The notes beneath the pieces are model-generated. The model was not told the DNA's origin, ran no database searches, and saw only the letters and a list, made by a program, of their open reading frames with translations. The translations under genes and the position numbers were made by a program. From Myxococcota bacterium (GTDB lineage: Bacteria > Myxococcota_A > Polyangia > Nannocystales > Nannocystaceae), in NCBI GenBank assembly GCA_039028615.1, contig JBCCHT010000002.1:480001-544000 (forward strand): a DNA stretch of 64,000 nucleotides. Direction: 5' to 3'. Positions 8,997-24,847 of the stretch are shown here, in pieces (position 1 is the first letter of the stretch; every line of letters starts with the position of its first letter).

Positions 8997-9943
8997 CGGG
9001 CGCCGATCCCCCCGCCCAGCAGGCCGGCCAAGGCGAGCATGGCCGTCATCATGAGCCCGCCCCGCCAGATGCACTGGTGCAGGACGAACTTGTAGCGGCG
9101 ATGCATCGCGTCGCCGAAGTCGCGGGCCTCGATGAGCAGGTCGCGATAGTCGGCGACCATCACCACGATGACCGGCAAGACCATCCACAGCTGAGCGTAG
9201 CTCGGGGCGAGCCAGGGCAAGGCCGCCCACACGAGCATGGCCCCCACCACGAGCCCTTCCGCGGCCTGTCGCACCGCGACCGCGCCGAACATGGTGGTGA
9301 AGGTTCGCTTGCCGCCGAGGCGGTCGCTCTCCTCGTCGGCGAGGCCGCTGGCGAGCGCACTGGACAGGCACAGCAAGGCGAAGGCGGGCAGGACCACGAC
9401 CCCGGCCGGCGTCGGGTTGCCGCTCTGCACGAACGCGTTCCACCAGGGCAAGAAGAAGCCCACGCCGAGCATCTCGAGCACCTCGCCCCCGCCCCGGTAG
9501 TTCAGGCGAATGGGCGGCAGCGTGTAGAGCACGAGCAACAGCAAGCAGCCCGCCGCCGCACCGAGCAAGCCGGGCCGGCCGAGCATGTGCTCTCCGAGAC
9601 CGGCCAACGCCAACGCCAAGACGCCCGCCCCCGTGCCGCCCAGGAGCACCGAGCTCGACTCGAGCACGTCGTCGGGGATGGTCTTGGGCGAGCACCCGTC
9701 GGGATAGAGTCGGCGCTTGATGACGTCGACCTCTTGGTCGCCCCAGTCGTTGATCAGCACGACGAACGCGAGGAACACCACCGTGAACGCCACGCCGAGG
9801 ACGAGGCCGAGCCAATCGACGTAGCCGCCCGCCGCGATTCCGATGCCCTGGCCGAGCCCCGCAGCCACGAGCAGCTTGGGCCAGCTCGCCGGCTTGAGCG
9901 CGTAGAGCCAGCGCCGATGCGAGGGGAGCTCGGCGGGGTGCAC
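8993..9943 (-). CDS. UbiA-family prenyltransferase (MenA-like)
   Basis: ALKPASW, NDWGDQEVD, YTLPPIRLNYRGGGE and ADEESDRLGGKRT motifs, multiple TM helices. GTG start estimated. Confidence 0.85.
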   Translation of the reverse strand: MHPAELPSHRRWLYALKPASWPKLLVAAGLGQGIGIAAGGYVDWLGLVLGVAFTVVFLAFVVLINDWGDQEVDVIKRRLYPDGCSPKTIPDDVLESSSVLLGGTGAGVLALALAGLGEHMLGRPGLLGAAAGCLLLLVLYTLPPIRLNYRGGGEVLEMLGVGFFLPWWNAFVQSGNPTPAGVVVLPAFALLCLSSALASGLADEESDRLGGKRTFTTMFGAVAVRQAAEGLVVGAMLVWAALPWLAPSYAQLWMVLPVIVVMVADYRDLLIEARDFGDAMHRRYKFVLHQCIWRGGLMMTAMLALAGLLGGGIGAR

Positions 9944-10167
9944 GCGGGGAAGTCTAGCAGCGCTGCCGCAACCGGCATGGCGAGGCGCAGCCACGCTTCA
10001 CTCACGGGTTTTGGAATCATTCGACAATTCGCCCCCGCGCAGGGGTCCCCGGACGTGGCGGCAAACCGCACGGTGGCGCCCCAGCCGGGCCCGCGAGGAT
10101 CGGCGCTCGGTCCGAGGGCCGCGTGGCGATCTCTTCCGCCCCGGCGACGAACCTTCGGTGCTGCCGA

Positions 10168-10602
10168 TCAGCCCTCGTCGTCGAGCGAGTACAGGCGCTG
10201 CTCGAGGGTCTCCTTGGCGTCCGAAAGCTCCGTGTCGAGCTCGAAGAACACCCGGTCGGTTCGATCGTCGCCTTGGTCCAGACCGCCGACGACCCACGAG
10301 AAGCTCCCTCGCAGCTGATGACGCGACCCGGAGCCGTCGTCGACCTCCAGCTCGAACGCCACCGCCACCGCGCTACGCGTGACGATGACCTTGCCTTCAT
10401 CGTCGGGACTCCGCCGGCCGCCGGTCAAGAAGTGTGGGTCGGGACCGAAGCGAAGCCAGACGAGCTTCGCGTCGGCGACCTGCTGCTGGAGCCCGCGCTC
10501 GATCGCATCGCGGATGGCTCGCCCCGGATCGTCACCGAGCCATCCCATCCAGTGATCGGCGTCGTTGATCGCGGTCAGGTCGTCCTGCACGTCGTTGACC
10601 AT
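10168..10602 (-). CDS. Hypothetical protein
   Basis: 144-aa ORF with normal globular composition. No family recognised. Confidence 0.7.
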   Translation of the reverse strand: MVNDVQDDLTAINDADHWMGWLGDDPGRAIRDAIERGLQQQVADAKLVWLRFGPDPHFLTGGRRSPDDEGKVIVTRSAVAVAFELEVDDGSGSRHQLRGSFSWVVGGLDQGDDRTDRVFFELDTELSDAKETLEQRLYSLDDEG

Positions 10603-10671
10603 AGCAGCGTTCGTTCGATTGCTCGGCCAGCGGCCGCATCGCTACTGTGAACGACGGACAGGCACCGACCC

Positions 10672-10968
10672 ATGGCCGACTCGAACGATCTGGATCGGCT
10701 GCAAGCACGCATCCGAGCCCACCCCGCCAACCACCGGATCCTCGAGTGGATGCGACTGGACCCCGCCGAGCCGATCCGGCACTTCGGGACCTGGGCGCAA
10801 CGCGGCCACGGGCTCGACCCTTCGGGCCGTCACCTGTGCAGCGACGTCGCGGAGTCACTGCCCGAGTACGAGAAGTTCGTGATCGGGATGCACACCGGGT
10901 GCGTGCACCCGGCCGCCGGTCGGCTACACCCGGCCGCCGGTCGGCTGCACGCGGCCGCCAACGAGTAG
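10672..10968 (+). pseudogene. Short, probably truncated hypothetical gene with internal tandem duplication
   Basis: Plausible N-terminus, then HPAAGRL repeated and an early TAG. A possible continuation lies in another frame. Confidence 0.45.
10906..10959 (+). repeat. 21-bp tandem repeat (about 2.6 copies)
   Basis: CACCCGGCCGCCGGTCGGCTA / CACCCGGCCGCCGGTCGGCTG / CACGCGGCCGCC. Confidence 0.9.
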
Positions 10969-11682
10969 CAAGGCGGCTCTGCTCGTTCCGAAACGGCACC
11001 AAGACGTCCGCACCGAGGGCTACGGGAGCCACGGTGGAGAAGATCTCCTCTCGCCTCGTACCCGGGCTCGATCATTCCGATTGCGACGCGCGCCGCCTTC
11101 GGTGTCTCGATGGCAGCTGTCATAACCGACGACATAGCCGACACTGCCACCGCGATCGATGGTCATCGAATGCACCACCGAAACGGCACGGGTCGTTCAT
11201 CGACCACTGTCTCGATGAACCCGGCGGCACGCATTGCGACCACGCTCGGCGGTGTTCGTTCCGCGAGTGAAGCATGGCCATGATGCCCACTTCCGAAGCG
11301 ACCGCATGTCCCATATTCATCGAAGGCATATACAGATGTGAACGCGTCGCACCGCACGACGCCGCCGACGCCATAACTGCCCGCTTTGACACGAATGACG
11401 GCAGCTAGAGCCGAATCCGTGGATTCTGTGAAACTTGTAAAAGAGCCTCGAACGCGGCAACGGATCGACCGGATCGGATCGTGACGTCGTCGCTACGCAA
11501 ACCTCCTGCATATCGTCGCTGAGGGCCCGACCGGCTACGAAAAATACACAGATCCGCAGGGGGAAAACATTTCGCCCCGAATCGAGATTCAAAATGTCCT
11601 TCCCCCTCCGCTCGATTCCATTAGCCTACTAGTGTCGCTGTACATTGATCGATGACGGCAGACCATCCGAAGCGCGATAGCC

Positions 11683-16251
<4,569 letters not shown>

Positions 16252-16253
16252 TC

Positions 16254-17723
16254 ATGGGTAAAGTCGACGGTTTCTTGCAGTGGAATCGGCAAATGCCGAA
16301 GCGCCGCCCCGCCCGGCTGCGCGTGCTCGACTACAAAGAGGTCTACCTCGAGCGTAGCGCCGAGCAGTCCAAGCAACAGGGCGGTCGCTGCATGGACTGC
16401 GGCATTCCCTTTTGTCAGCAGGGCTGCCCGCTAGGCAACCAGATCCCCGACTGGAACGACCTGGTGTTCCGGGGCCGCTGGAAGGAAGCCTGGCACGCGC
16501 TCGAGTCGACCAACGACTTCCCCGAGTTCACCGGGCGCCTGTGCCCCGCCCCCTGCGAGGGCGCGTGCGTGCTGTCGATCAACGAAGACCCGGTGACCAT
16601 CGAGCAGATCGAAAAAGAGATCGTCGAGCGGGCGTTCGCCGAGGGCTGGGTCCTGCCCCAGGTACCCGCCCGCGCCACGGGCAAGCGGGTGGCCGTGGTC
16701 GGCTCGGGACCCGCGGGATTGGCCGCGGCCCGACAGCTGCGACGGGTAGGCCACGAGGTCCGCGTCTTCGAACGCGACGAGCGAATCGGCGGCCTGCTCC
16801 GCTACGGCATCCCCGACTTCAAGCTCGAGAAATGGGTCATCGACCGCCGCATCGCGGTCTTGGAGGCCGAGGGAATCCAGTTCGAGACCGGGGTCGAGGT
16901 CGGCACCGATCCCACGTGGTCCACCTTGCGCGACGAGTTCGACGCGGTGGTGATCGCCACCGGGGCCATGGCCGCGCGCGACCTCGACGTGCCCGGCCGC
17001 GGGCTCCAGGGCGTGCACCTGGCGATGACCTACCTCGCCCGCCAAAACCGGGTGCTCACCGCCGACACTCCGCTCGATCCCCAGCTCAACGCCAGCGGCA
17101 AGCGAGTGGTGATCCTCGGCGGCGGCGATACGGGCTCCGACTGCCTGGGCACCGCGCTGCGCCAAGGCGCCGCCCAGGTCACGCAGATCGAGCTGATGCC
17201 GAGCCCGCCCGACCAGCGGGGCCCCCAAAACCCCTGGCCGCAGTGGCCGTTCATCATGCGGACCTCCTCGAGCCAAGAAGAAGGCGGCGCGCGACAGTTC
17301 GCGATGATGACCACCTCGCTGTCCGGGACCGACGGGAAGCTCGAGAAGCTGCACGGGGTGAAGGTCGAGATGCATCGCGAGGGCAGCTCGACCCGCCTGC
17401 GCCAGCTCGAAGGCACCGAGTTCTCCATCGAGCTCGACATGCTGATCCTGGCGCTGGGCTTCGTGGGTCCGGTCACCGAAGGCCTGGTCGATCAGCTCGG
17501 CATCGAGCTCGATGCCCGCGGCAACGTGGCCTCCCCCGCCGATGGATTTCGGACCTCGGTCCCCGGCGTTTATGTCGCGGGCGATTCGAAGCGCGGGGCC
17601 AGCCTCATCGTGTGGGCCATCAGCGACGGACGCGAGGCGGCCCGGGCCGTCGACGCCGATCTATCCGGGCTCGCGCCCCGGCTGCCGACTCGCGGCATCC
17701 ATCAGCCCTTTGGCGGGCGCTAG
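16254..17723 (+). CDS. gltD: Glutamate synthase small subunit
   Basis: RCMDCGIPFCQQGCP, GRLCPAPCE, GSGPAG and GGGDTGSDC motifs. Starts 2 nt after gltB. Confidence 0.97.
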   Translation: MGKVDGFLQWNRQMPKRRPARLRVLDYKEVYLERSAEQSKQQGGRCMDCGIPFCQQGCPLGNQIPDWNDLVFRGRWKEAWHALESTNDFPEFTGRLCPAPCEGACVLSINEDPVTIEQIEKEIVERAFAEGWVLPQVPARATGKRVAVVGSGPAGLAAARQLRRVGHEVRVFERDERIGGLLRYGIPDFKLEKWVIDRRIAVLEAEGIQFETGVEVGTDPTWSTLRDEFDAVVIATGAMAARDLDVPGRGLQGVHLAMTYLARQNRVLTADTPLDPQLNASGKRVVILGGGDTGSDCLGTALRQGAAQVTQIELMPSPPDQRGPQNPWPQWPFIMRTSSSQEEGGARQFAMMTTSLSGTDGKLEKLHGVKVEMHREGSSTRLRQLEGTEFSIELDMLILALGFVGPVTEGLVDQLGIELDARGNVASPADGFRTSVPGVYVAGDSKRGASLIVWAISDGREAARAVDADLSGLAPRLPTRGIHQPFGGR

Positions 17724-17806
17724 ACCCCGTTCTCGCCGCGCAACTCACGCCCGCCGAGGATGCACCCGCATTCTCGGCGCGCGCATTTCGGGTTAGCGTC
17801 CCGGCC

Positions 17807-19407
<1,601 letters not shown>

Positions 19408-19411
<4 letters not shown>

Positions 19412-20778
19412 CCTCCGCCAAGATTTCTCGCCGACGCGCGCTCACGGGCCTCGCCGCCGCCGCGGCCGTGCCCACGCTCGGACTCGGGTCGGCCCACGCT
19501 GCGCCCGCGGCCCGCCGAGCGCGTCGGGGTCGTGCGCCAGCCGAGCCCGCCACCCTGCCCTTCGATGACCCCGAGGCCGGACACCTGATCTTCGTCGGCG
19601 GCCGCGTCGAGGTGGGCGACGGCACCGTGCACGAGCGCGGCGTGGTCGAGGTCCGTGGCACCCGTATCGTCTCGGTGCGCGCTGGAGATGCGGGCAACGT
19701 CGCGGGCGCCACCGTCATCGACCTGCAGGGCAAGCGCATCACGCCGGGCTTCATCGCCGCCGCGACGCCGCTGGGCCTCGTCGAGATCGACATGGAGGGC
19801 TCCACCGTCGACGCCGAGCGCCATGGCGACCCGATCCGCTCCGGCTACGACGCGTCGGAGGCGGTGCACGCCGACAGCAGCCTGATCCAGGTCAGCGCCA
19901 TCGAGGGCATCACCTCCGCCGCCGTGACCCCGCGGGGCGGGCTGCTGTCCGGGCAGGTCGCGTGGATCGATCTGGTCGCGGGAGACCACGCAGGCATCGT
20001 GGCCAAGTCCAAGATCGCGGCCGCCGGTCAGCTGGGGCGCACCGTCTCCGGCTCGCGTGCCGCCACCCTCACCCGCCTGCGCGAGGTCCTCGACGACGCC
20101 GCCGTCTATCGAGACAAGCGCGGCGCCTTTGACAAGCGGCAGACCCGGGACCTGTCCGCCCATCGCCTCGACCTCGAGGCGCTCGGCCCCGTGCTCGATG
20201 GCGAGGTCCCGCTGGTCGTGCGAGCCCATCGAGCCAGCGACCTGCTGGCGCTGGTGCGGCTGGCCAAGGAGTCGAGCCTCCGGCTGGCGATCATCGGTGC
20301 CGCTCAGGGCTGGAAGGTCGCGTCGGCCCTGGCCGAGGCCCAGATCCCGGTCATCGTCCAGCCCAGCAGCAACCTGCCCCAAAGCCTCGACCAGCTCGGC
20401 GCGCGCATGGACAACGCGGCGCGACTGCACAAAGCCGGCGTGCCCGTGGGCATCGCGGTGCTCGGCGAGGCCCACAACATCCGCAACGTGACCCAAGAAG
20501 CCGGGCTCGCGGTCTCCTACGGGCTGCCCCACGAGGTCGCGATCCGAGCCATCAGCCTCCAGCTGGCGCAGATCTACGGCATGGACGCTCACTACGGCAG
20601 CGTGGCCGCGGGCAAGGTCGCCAACCTGGCCGTCTGGGAGGGCGACCCCCTCGAGCTGTCGCAGATGCCTCAGCAGGTGTACGTGCGCGGCCGGGCCATT
20701 CCCATGCGCTCGCGACAGACCTTGCTCCGCGATCGCTACCGCGACCTGCGGCCCTTCGCCCGTGAGGACGATGGCTGA
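19408..20778 (+). CDS. Amidohydrolase-fold protein, metal ligands degenerate; Tat signal
   Basis: SRRRALTGL twin-arginine signal. TPGFIAAATPLG lacks HxH. GSVAAGKVANLAVWEGDPLE. ATGA overlap with the previous gene. Confidence 0.85.
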
Positions 20779-22249
20779 GCATCCCCTCGAGCCCTCGTCC
20801 GCGCAGCTCACCGAGTGGATCGAGGAGTTTTCTCGGTTCGCGGTCGATCATGTGCAGCGCTTGCCCCAAATGCATGCGCGAGGGCTCGAGCCCGGGCCCG
20901 CTCGCGAGCGCGCGCGCCAGACCCGGGTAGAGATCGGTGAGCAGCCCTTCGAGGGCGGCGTGCCCGGCCTCATCGACCGACTCGAGCGCGCAGCCGAGGC
21001 GGGCCTGCTCGCGCCCGGGCCGGGCTACCTCGCTTACGTGCCGGGCGGTGGCCTGCCCACCGCGGCCATCGCCGACCTCGTCGCCAACCTCCTCAATCGC
21101 TACACCGGGCTGACCGCCGCCGCGCCCGCGCTGTGTCGCTTCGAGGCCGACGTCATCGAGTGGCTGGCCCGTGCCTTCGGCTATGGCCCCGGTGCACGCG
21201 GCATCCTGTGCTCGGGGGGCTCGCTGGCCAACCTCTCCGCCGTCGTCACCGCCCGCATCGATCGCCTCGGCGAGCAGGCCGATCTGCGCAAGGCCGTGGT
21301 CTACACCTCGGCCCAGGCTCACCACAGTGTGAGCAAGGCCATCCGTCTCACCGGGCTACCCGGAAGCAGCGTGCGCACCGTGTCCGTCGATGCACGCCTG
21401 CGGCTTCAGCCCGAAGCGCTCGCGGCCCAGGTCGTCCGCGATCGTGAGGCGGGCTTGCTGCCCTTCCTGCTCGTATCCGCGGCGGGCACCACCAACACCG
21501 GGGCCATCGACCCCTTGCCTGCGCTCGCCGACCTCTGTGAAGAGCACGGCCTGTGGCACCACGTCGACGGAGCCTACGGCGGGGCCTTCGTGCTGTGCGA
21601 GGAGGGACGCCAGCGCCTGGCGGGCATCGAGCGTGCAGACTCGATCACCTTCGACCCTCACAAAGGCATGTTCCTGCCCTACGGAACCGGCTGCCTGCTG
21701 GTGAAGGACGGCGCCGCGCTCAAGCGTGCCCACGCGGGTGAGGCGGCCTATCTGCAAGACTTCGAAGAGGGCCCCGATCTGGCCCCCAGCCCCACCGAAC
21801 ACGGTCCCGAGCTGTCCCGTCCGTTCCGAGGGTTGCGACTGTGGCTGCCGCTCATGCTCCACGGCGCCGCCCCGTTTCGCCACGCATTGGCCGAGAAACT
21901 GGCCCTGGCGGACCGTTTTCACCGAGGCCTGCTGGCGCTGGCGGACGACGGCGCCCCGATCGAAGTCGTCGATCCACCGCAGCTGTCGACCGTCCCTTTT
22001 CGGTTACGACGACAGCCCGACGAGACGCTCGAGGCCTGGAACGCTCGCAATGCACGGTGGATGCAGGCCGCCAACGAGCGCGGTCACGTGTACATGTCGA
22101 GCACTGCGCTGCCGGTTGCCGATGGGGCCGCCTTCACGCTGCGCGCCTGTGTCTTGAGCTTTCGCACCCACGCCGAGCACATCGACCACGCCCTCGAAGA
22201 CTTGGCGCAGACGCTGCCGGGTGTAAGCTGCCGCGCGACTTCGAAATGA
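20771..22249 (+). CDS. Group II PLP-dependent (aromatic) amino acid decarboxylase
   Basis: GGSLAN, AHHSV.KA, GTTNTGAIDPL, HVDGAYGG, FDPHK (PLP lysine) and ELSRPFRGLRLW. Confidence 0.92.
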   Translation: MAEHPLEPSSAQLTEWIEEFSRFAVDHVQRLPQMHARGLEPGPARERARQTRVEIGEQPFEGGVPGLIDRLERAAEAGLLAPGPGYLAYVPGGGLPTAAIADLVANLLNRYTGLTAAAPALCRFEADVIEWLARAFGYGPGARGILCSGGSLANLSAVVTARIDRLGEQADLRKAVVYTSAQAHHSVSKAIRLTGLPGSSVRTVSVDARLRLQPEALAAQVVRDREAGLLPFLLVSAAGTTNTGAIDPLPALADLCEEHGLWHHVDGAYGGAFVLCEEGRQRLAGIERADSITFDPHKGMFLPYGTGCLLVKDGAALKRAHAGEAAYLQDFEEGPDLAPSPTEHGPELSRPFRGLRLWLPLMLHGAAPFRHALAEKLALADRFHRGLLALADDGAPIEVVDPPQLSTVPFRLRRQPDETLEAWNARNARWMQAANERGHVYMSSTALPVADGAAFTLRACVLSFRTHAEHIDHALEDLAQTLPGVSCRATSK

Positions 22250-22620
22250 ACCAACCCACTTCGAACGCCCTCGAGCACGCCCCCGTCTTCAGCTGGCACA
22301 AGAGCCACGACGGGCTCATCTACACGTCGGGCCATGCCGCTGTGGACATGGACGACTTCAAGCTCATGCGAGTCGACTTCGCCGAGGAAGTTCGCCTCGC
22401 GCTCGACAACTTGCGACGCACCCTGGAGCGCGCCGGCTCGGGCATGGACAAGGTCCTCAAGGTCACCATCTACCTCGCCGACCTGCGCCGCTACCCCGAC
22501 CTCAACCGGATCTACGCGAACTTCTTTCCCGGGGCGAACCCTCCCGCTCGCACCTGCGTCGAGGTGCAGCGCCTGCCCTACGATTTCCAGGTGGAGATCG
22601 AGGCCGTCGCCCACACCTGA
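22246..22620 (+). CDS. RidA/YjgF family protein
   Basis: VLKVTIYLADL, PPARTCVEV..LP and VEIEAVA. ATGA overlap. Confidence 0.9.
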   Translation: MNQPTSNALEHAPVFSWHKSHDGLIYTSGHAAVDMDDFKLMRVDFAEEVRLALDNLRRTLERAGSGMDKVLKVTIYLADLRRYPDLNRIYANFFPGANPPARTCVEVQRLPYDFQVEIEAVAHT

Positions 22621-22623
22621 GCC

Positions 22624-23553
22624 GTGGTCCGGCGCATCGTTCTTTCACTGTGCGCCATCGCGGCGGCGTGTCGTCCCGCGCCGAGCCCCGAGTCCAGCTC
22701 GGCCTCGGCGAGCGCGGACGCCTACGTTCCCTACCTCGAGCGCAAGTCGGGGCACGAGACCCAGCTTCGGATCGACGGTCCTTCCCGCGGTCGCTACGAG
22801 CCGGGCTTCGTCCCCGAAGGCGCGCAGTCGGTGCAGTACCCGTCGGGCGAGCACGAGCTGCTGGCCTGGTACGCTGCGCCCCCGGATGCCTCGGGCCCCC
22901 GCCCCGCGCTGATCTACTTTCACGGCGACTTCTCGCTCGCCGCCCACGACTTCGAGGCGGTCCGGCCCTTCCTCGATGCCGGCCTGGTCGTGATGACCCC
23001 GGCGCTGCGAGGGGAGAACGGCAACCCCGGTCGGCTCGAGCTGCTCTACGGCGAGATCGACGACGCGGCCGCGGCCGCGGACTGGCTCGCGGCCCAGCCG
23101 GAGGTCGACCCCGAGCACATCTACGCCGTGGGCCACAGCATCGGCGGTGCGGTCTCGGCCATGCTCGCGCTGTACCCCGAGGCGCCCCTGCGCTTCACCG
23201 CCAGCGTGGGCGGCATCTATGTACCCGAGACCTTCCAACGCTGGAGCAGCTCCAAGAGCAATGCGGCCCTGGTGCGCTTCGACGCGTTCGATCCGATGGA
23301 AGGCAACCTGCGCACGCTGGGCCCCAACGTCCGCGACCTGGTGCACTCGCACCACGCGTACATCGGCGAGGGTGACTCCTGGTTCCACCCCAACGCCGAG
23401 TCGGTGCAGGCCGAAGCCGACCGCTGGGGTCGGCCCTTCACCATGGAGTACGTGGCCGGCGATCACATGAGCTCGCTGCAGCCCGCGCTCGAGCGCTTCC
23501 TGGGGCGAGTGCAGGCCGACCTCGACAGCGCCCCCAAAGCCGCTCAACCTTGA
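22624..23553 (+). CDS. Alpha/beta hydrolase lipoprotein (S9-like)
   Basis: Lipobox IAAAC, YFHG, RGENGNPG, GHSIGG nucleophile and GDH. Confidence 0.85.
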   Translation: MVRRIVLSLCAIAAACRPAPSPESSSASASADAYVPYLERKSGHETQLRIDGPSRGRYEPGFVPEGAQSVQYPSGEHELLAWYAAPPDASGPRPALIYFHGDFSLAAHDFEAVRPFLDAGLVVMTPALRGENGNPGRLELLYGEIDDAAAAADWLAAQPEVDPEHIYAVGHSIGGAVSAMLALYPEAPLRFTASVGGIYVPETFQRWSSSKSNAALVRFDAFDPMEGNLRTLGPNVRDLVHSHHAYIGEGDSWFHPNAESVQAEADRWGRPFTMEYVAGDHMSSLQPALERFLGRVQADLDSAPKAAQP

Positions 23554-23557
23554 TGGC

Positions 23558-24634
23558 GTGAGCACCACGCGACGCGGACCGGGACTCGCCCTCGTCGGGC
23601 TCGCCCTGCTCTTCGCCGCGGCGTGCCGACCTCCCGCGCCCGCTCCTCCCGAGGAGCCTCCGGTCGCCACCACCGTCGACGCATTCGCCGACCTCCCCTA
23701 CGCCAGCGCTCCGCTGCCCGCGACCACCAAGGTCCTGCTGGTGGCCGGGGGAGACGACGTCGCGAACTTTGCCGCCGACGTGCTCGAGCAGCGCGCCCTG
23801 TGGATCGAGGCTGGGCTGCGCGACGACGAAATCGCCTGCTATTACGCCAAGCCCACGCTCGAGGCCCAACGCGAGGACCACGAACAATACGAACAGCTCC
23901 GGGCCGCGCTCGCGCCGTGCTACTCCGCCGACCCGGCCACCCTCCACGAGCACCTGCGCCAGGTCGCGCGCCAGGCCCCGCCCTTCCTCTATCTGTTCAT
24001 CAGCAGCCACGGCCTGCCGCCCTTGCTGCGGTGGAAGGCCGGAGTCGACGACGCCAACCGGCTGCCCGCGCGGCTCGACCTGCAGCCGGGAGAAATTGGT
24101 CGCTTCGATCACCACGCCATTGGGCTCGAGGGGGGCTCGGGCCCCGGCCTCGGTCAGGTCACCCCGATGCTCGAGGCTCATCGCAGCGGCACGCCGACGG
24201 AGCAGCTCGTGCTCACCCCCAGCACCCTGGCCGACGCGCTGACCGAGCTGCCCGAGTCGAGCGACGCCATCATCGTGCTGCAGGCGTGCTTCAGCGGCGG
24301 CTTCATCGGTCGCCCCGACGACGGGCCCTCGCCCCTGACCGAGCGCCCCCGCACCACCATTCTCACCGCCAGCTCGCCGCTGAGGCCGAGCTTCGGCTGC
24401 GGCTCCGGCTCGGCCCGCACCTACTACGGCGGCGCCTTCAATCGCGTCCTGGCCCAGGTCCTCGAGCACAACCCCACGCCACGCCCGCTCACGCCCGCCG
24501 CCATGCCGTGGGCATCGATCTACGAGCAGGTCCGCTTCGTCGTCGAAACGATGGAGCGCATCGACGGCGAGACGCCCTCCCAGCCCGCGCTGTTCAGCAA
24601 CGTGCCCGGCTCCGAGACCCAAGCCCCGCAGTGA
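23558..24634 (+). CDS. C13 family (legumain-like, clan CD) peptidase lipoprotein
   Basis: Lipobox FAAAC, LFISSHG and QACFSGGF His/Cys dyad, TAS...RPSFGC. Confidence 0.8.
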   Translation: MSTTRRGPGLALVGLALLFAAACRPPAPAPPEEPPVATTVDAFADLPYASAPLPATTKVLLVAGGDDVANFAADVLEQRALWIEAGLRDDEIACYYAKPTLEAQREDHEQYEQLRAALAPCYSADPATLHEHLRQVARQAPPFLYLFISSHGLPPLLRWKAGVDDANRLPARLDLQPGEIGRFDHHAIGLEGGSGPGLGQVTPMLEAHRSGTPTEQLVLTPSTLADALTELPESSDAIIVLQACFSGGFIGRPDDGPSPLTERPRTTILTASSPLRPSFGCGSGSARTYYGGAFNRVLAQVLEHNPTPRPLTPAAMPWASIYEQVRFVVETMERIDGETPSQPALFSNVPGSETQAPQ

Positions 24635-24847
24635 AGCCGCCGCCTCGTCGAGGCCGTACAGGCGTCGAAGACGCGCTCCCGGCGAGGCCGGGCCCTTCGC
24701 CACGGCCGCCGAGCACGACCCACAAAAGGGGCGGCCGCCGTCGCGTCGGCGACCCCTTCAGGCCTTCAAATGGCCGTCACGGGCCCCAACGGCCGTCCCA
24801 GGCCCCCCTGGCCCCGCGCGCGGCCATGGGCTAGCTTCTGCCCTCCG

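Noticed and set aside
6822..9095. Long antisense ORFs (also 13306-14958, 24758-26563, 47418-50072 and others)
   Set aside because: Typical stop-poor shadow frames of high-GC coding DNA overlapping well-supported genes.
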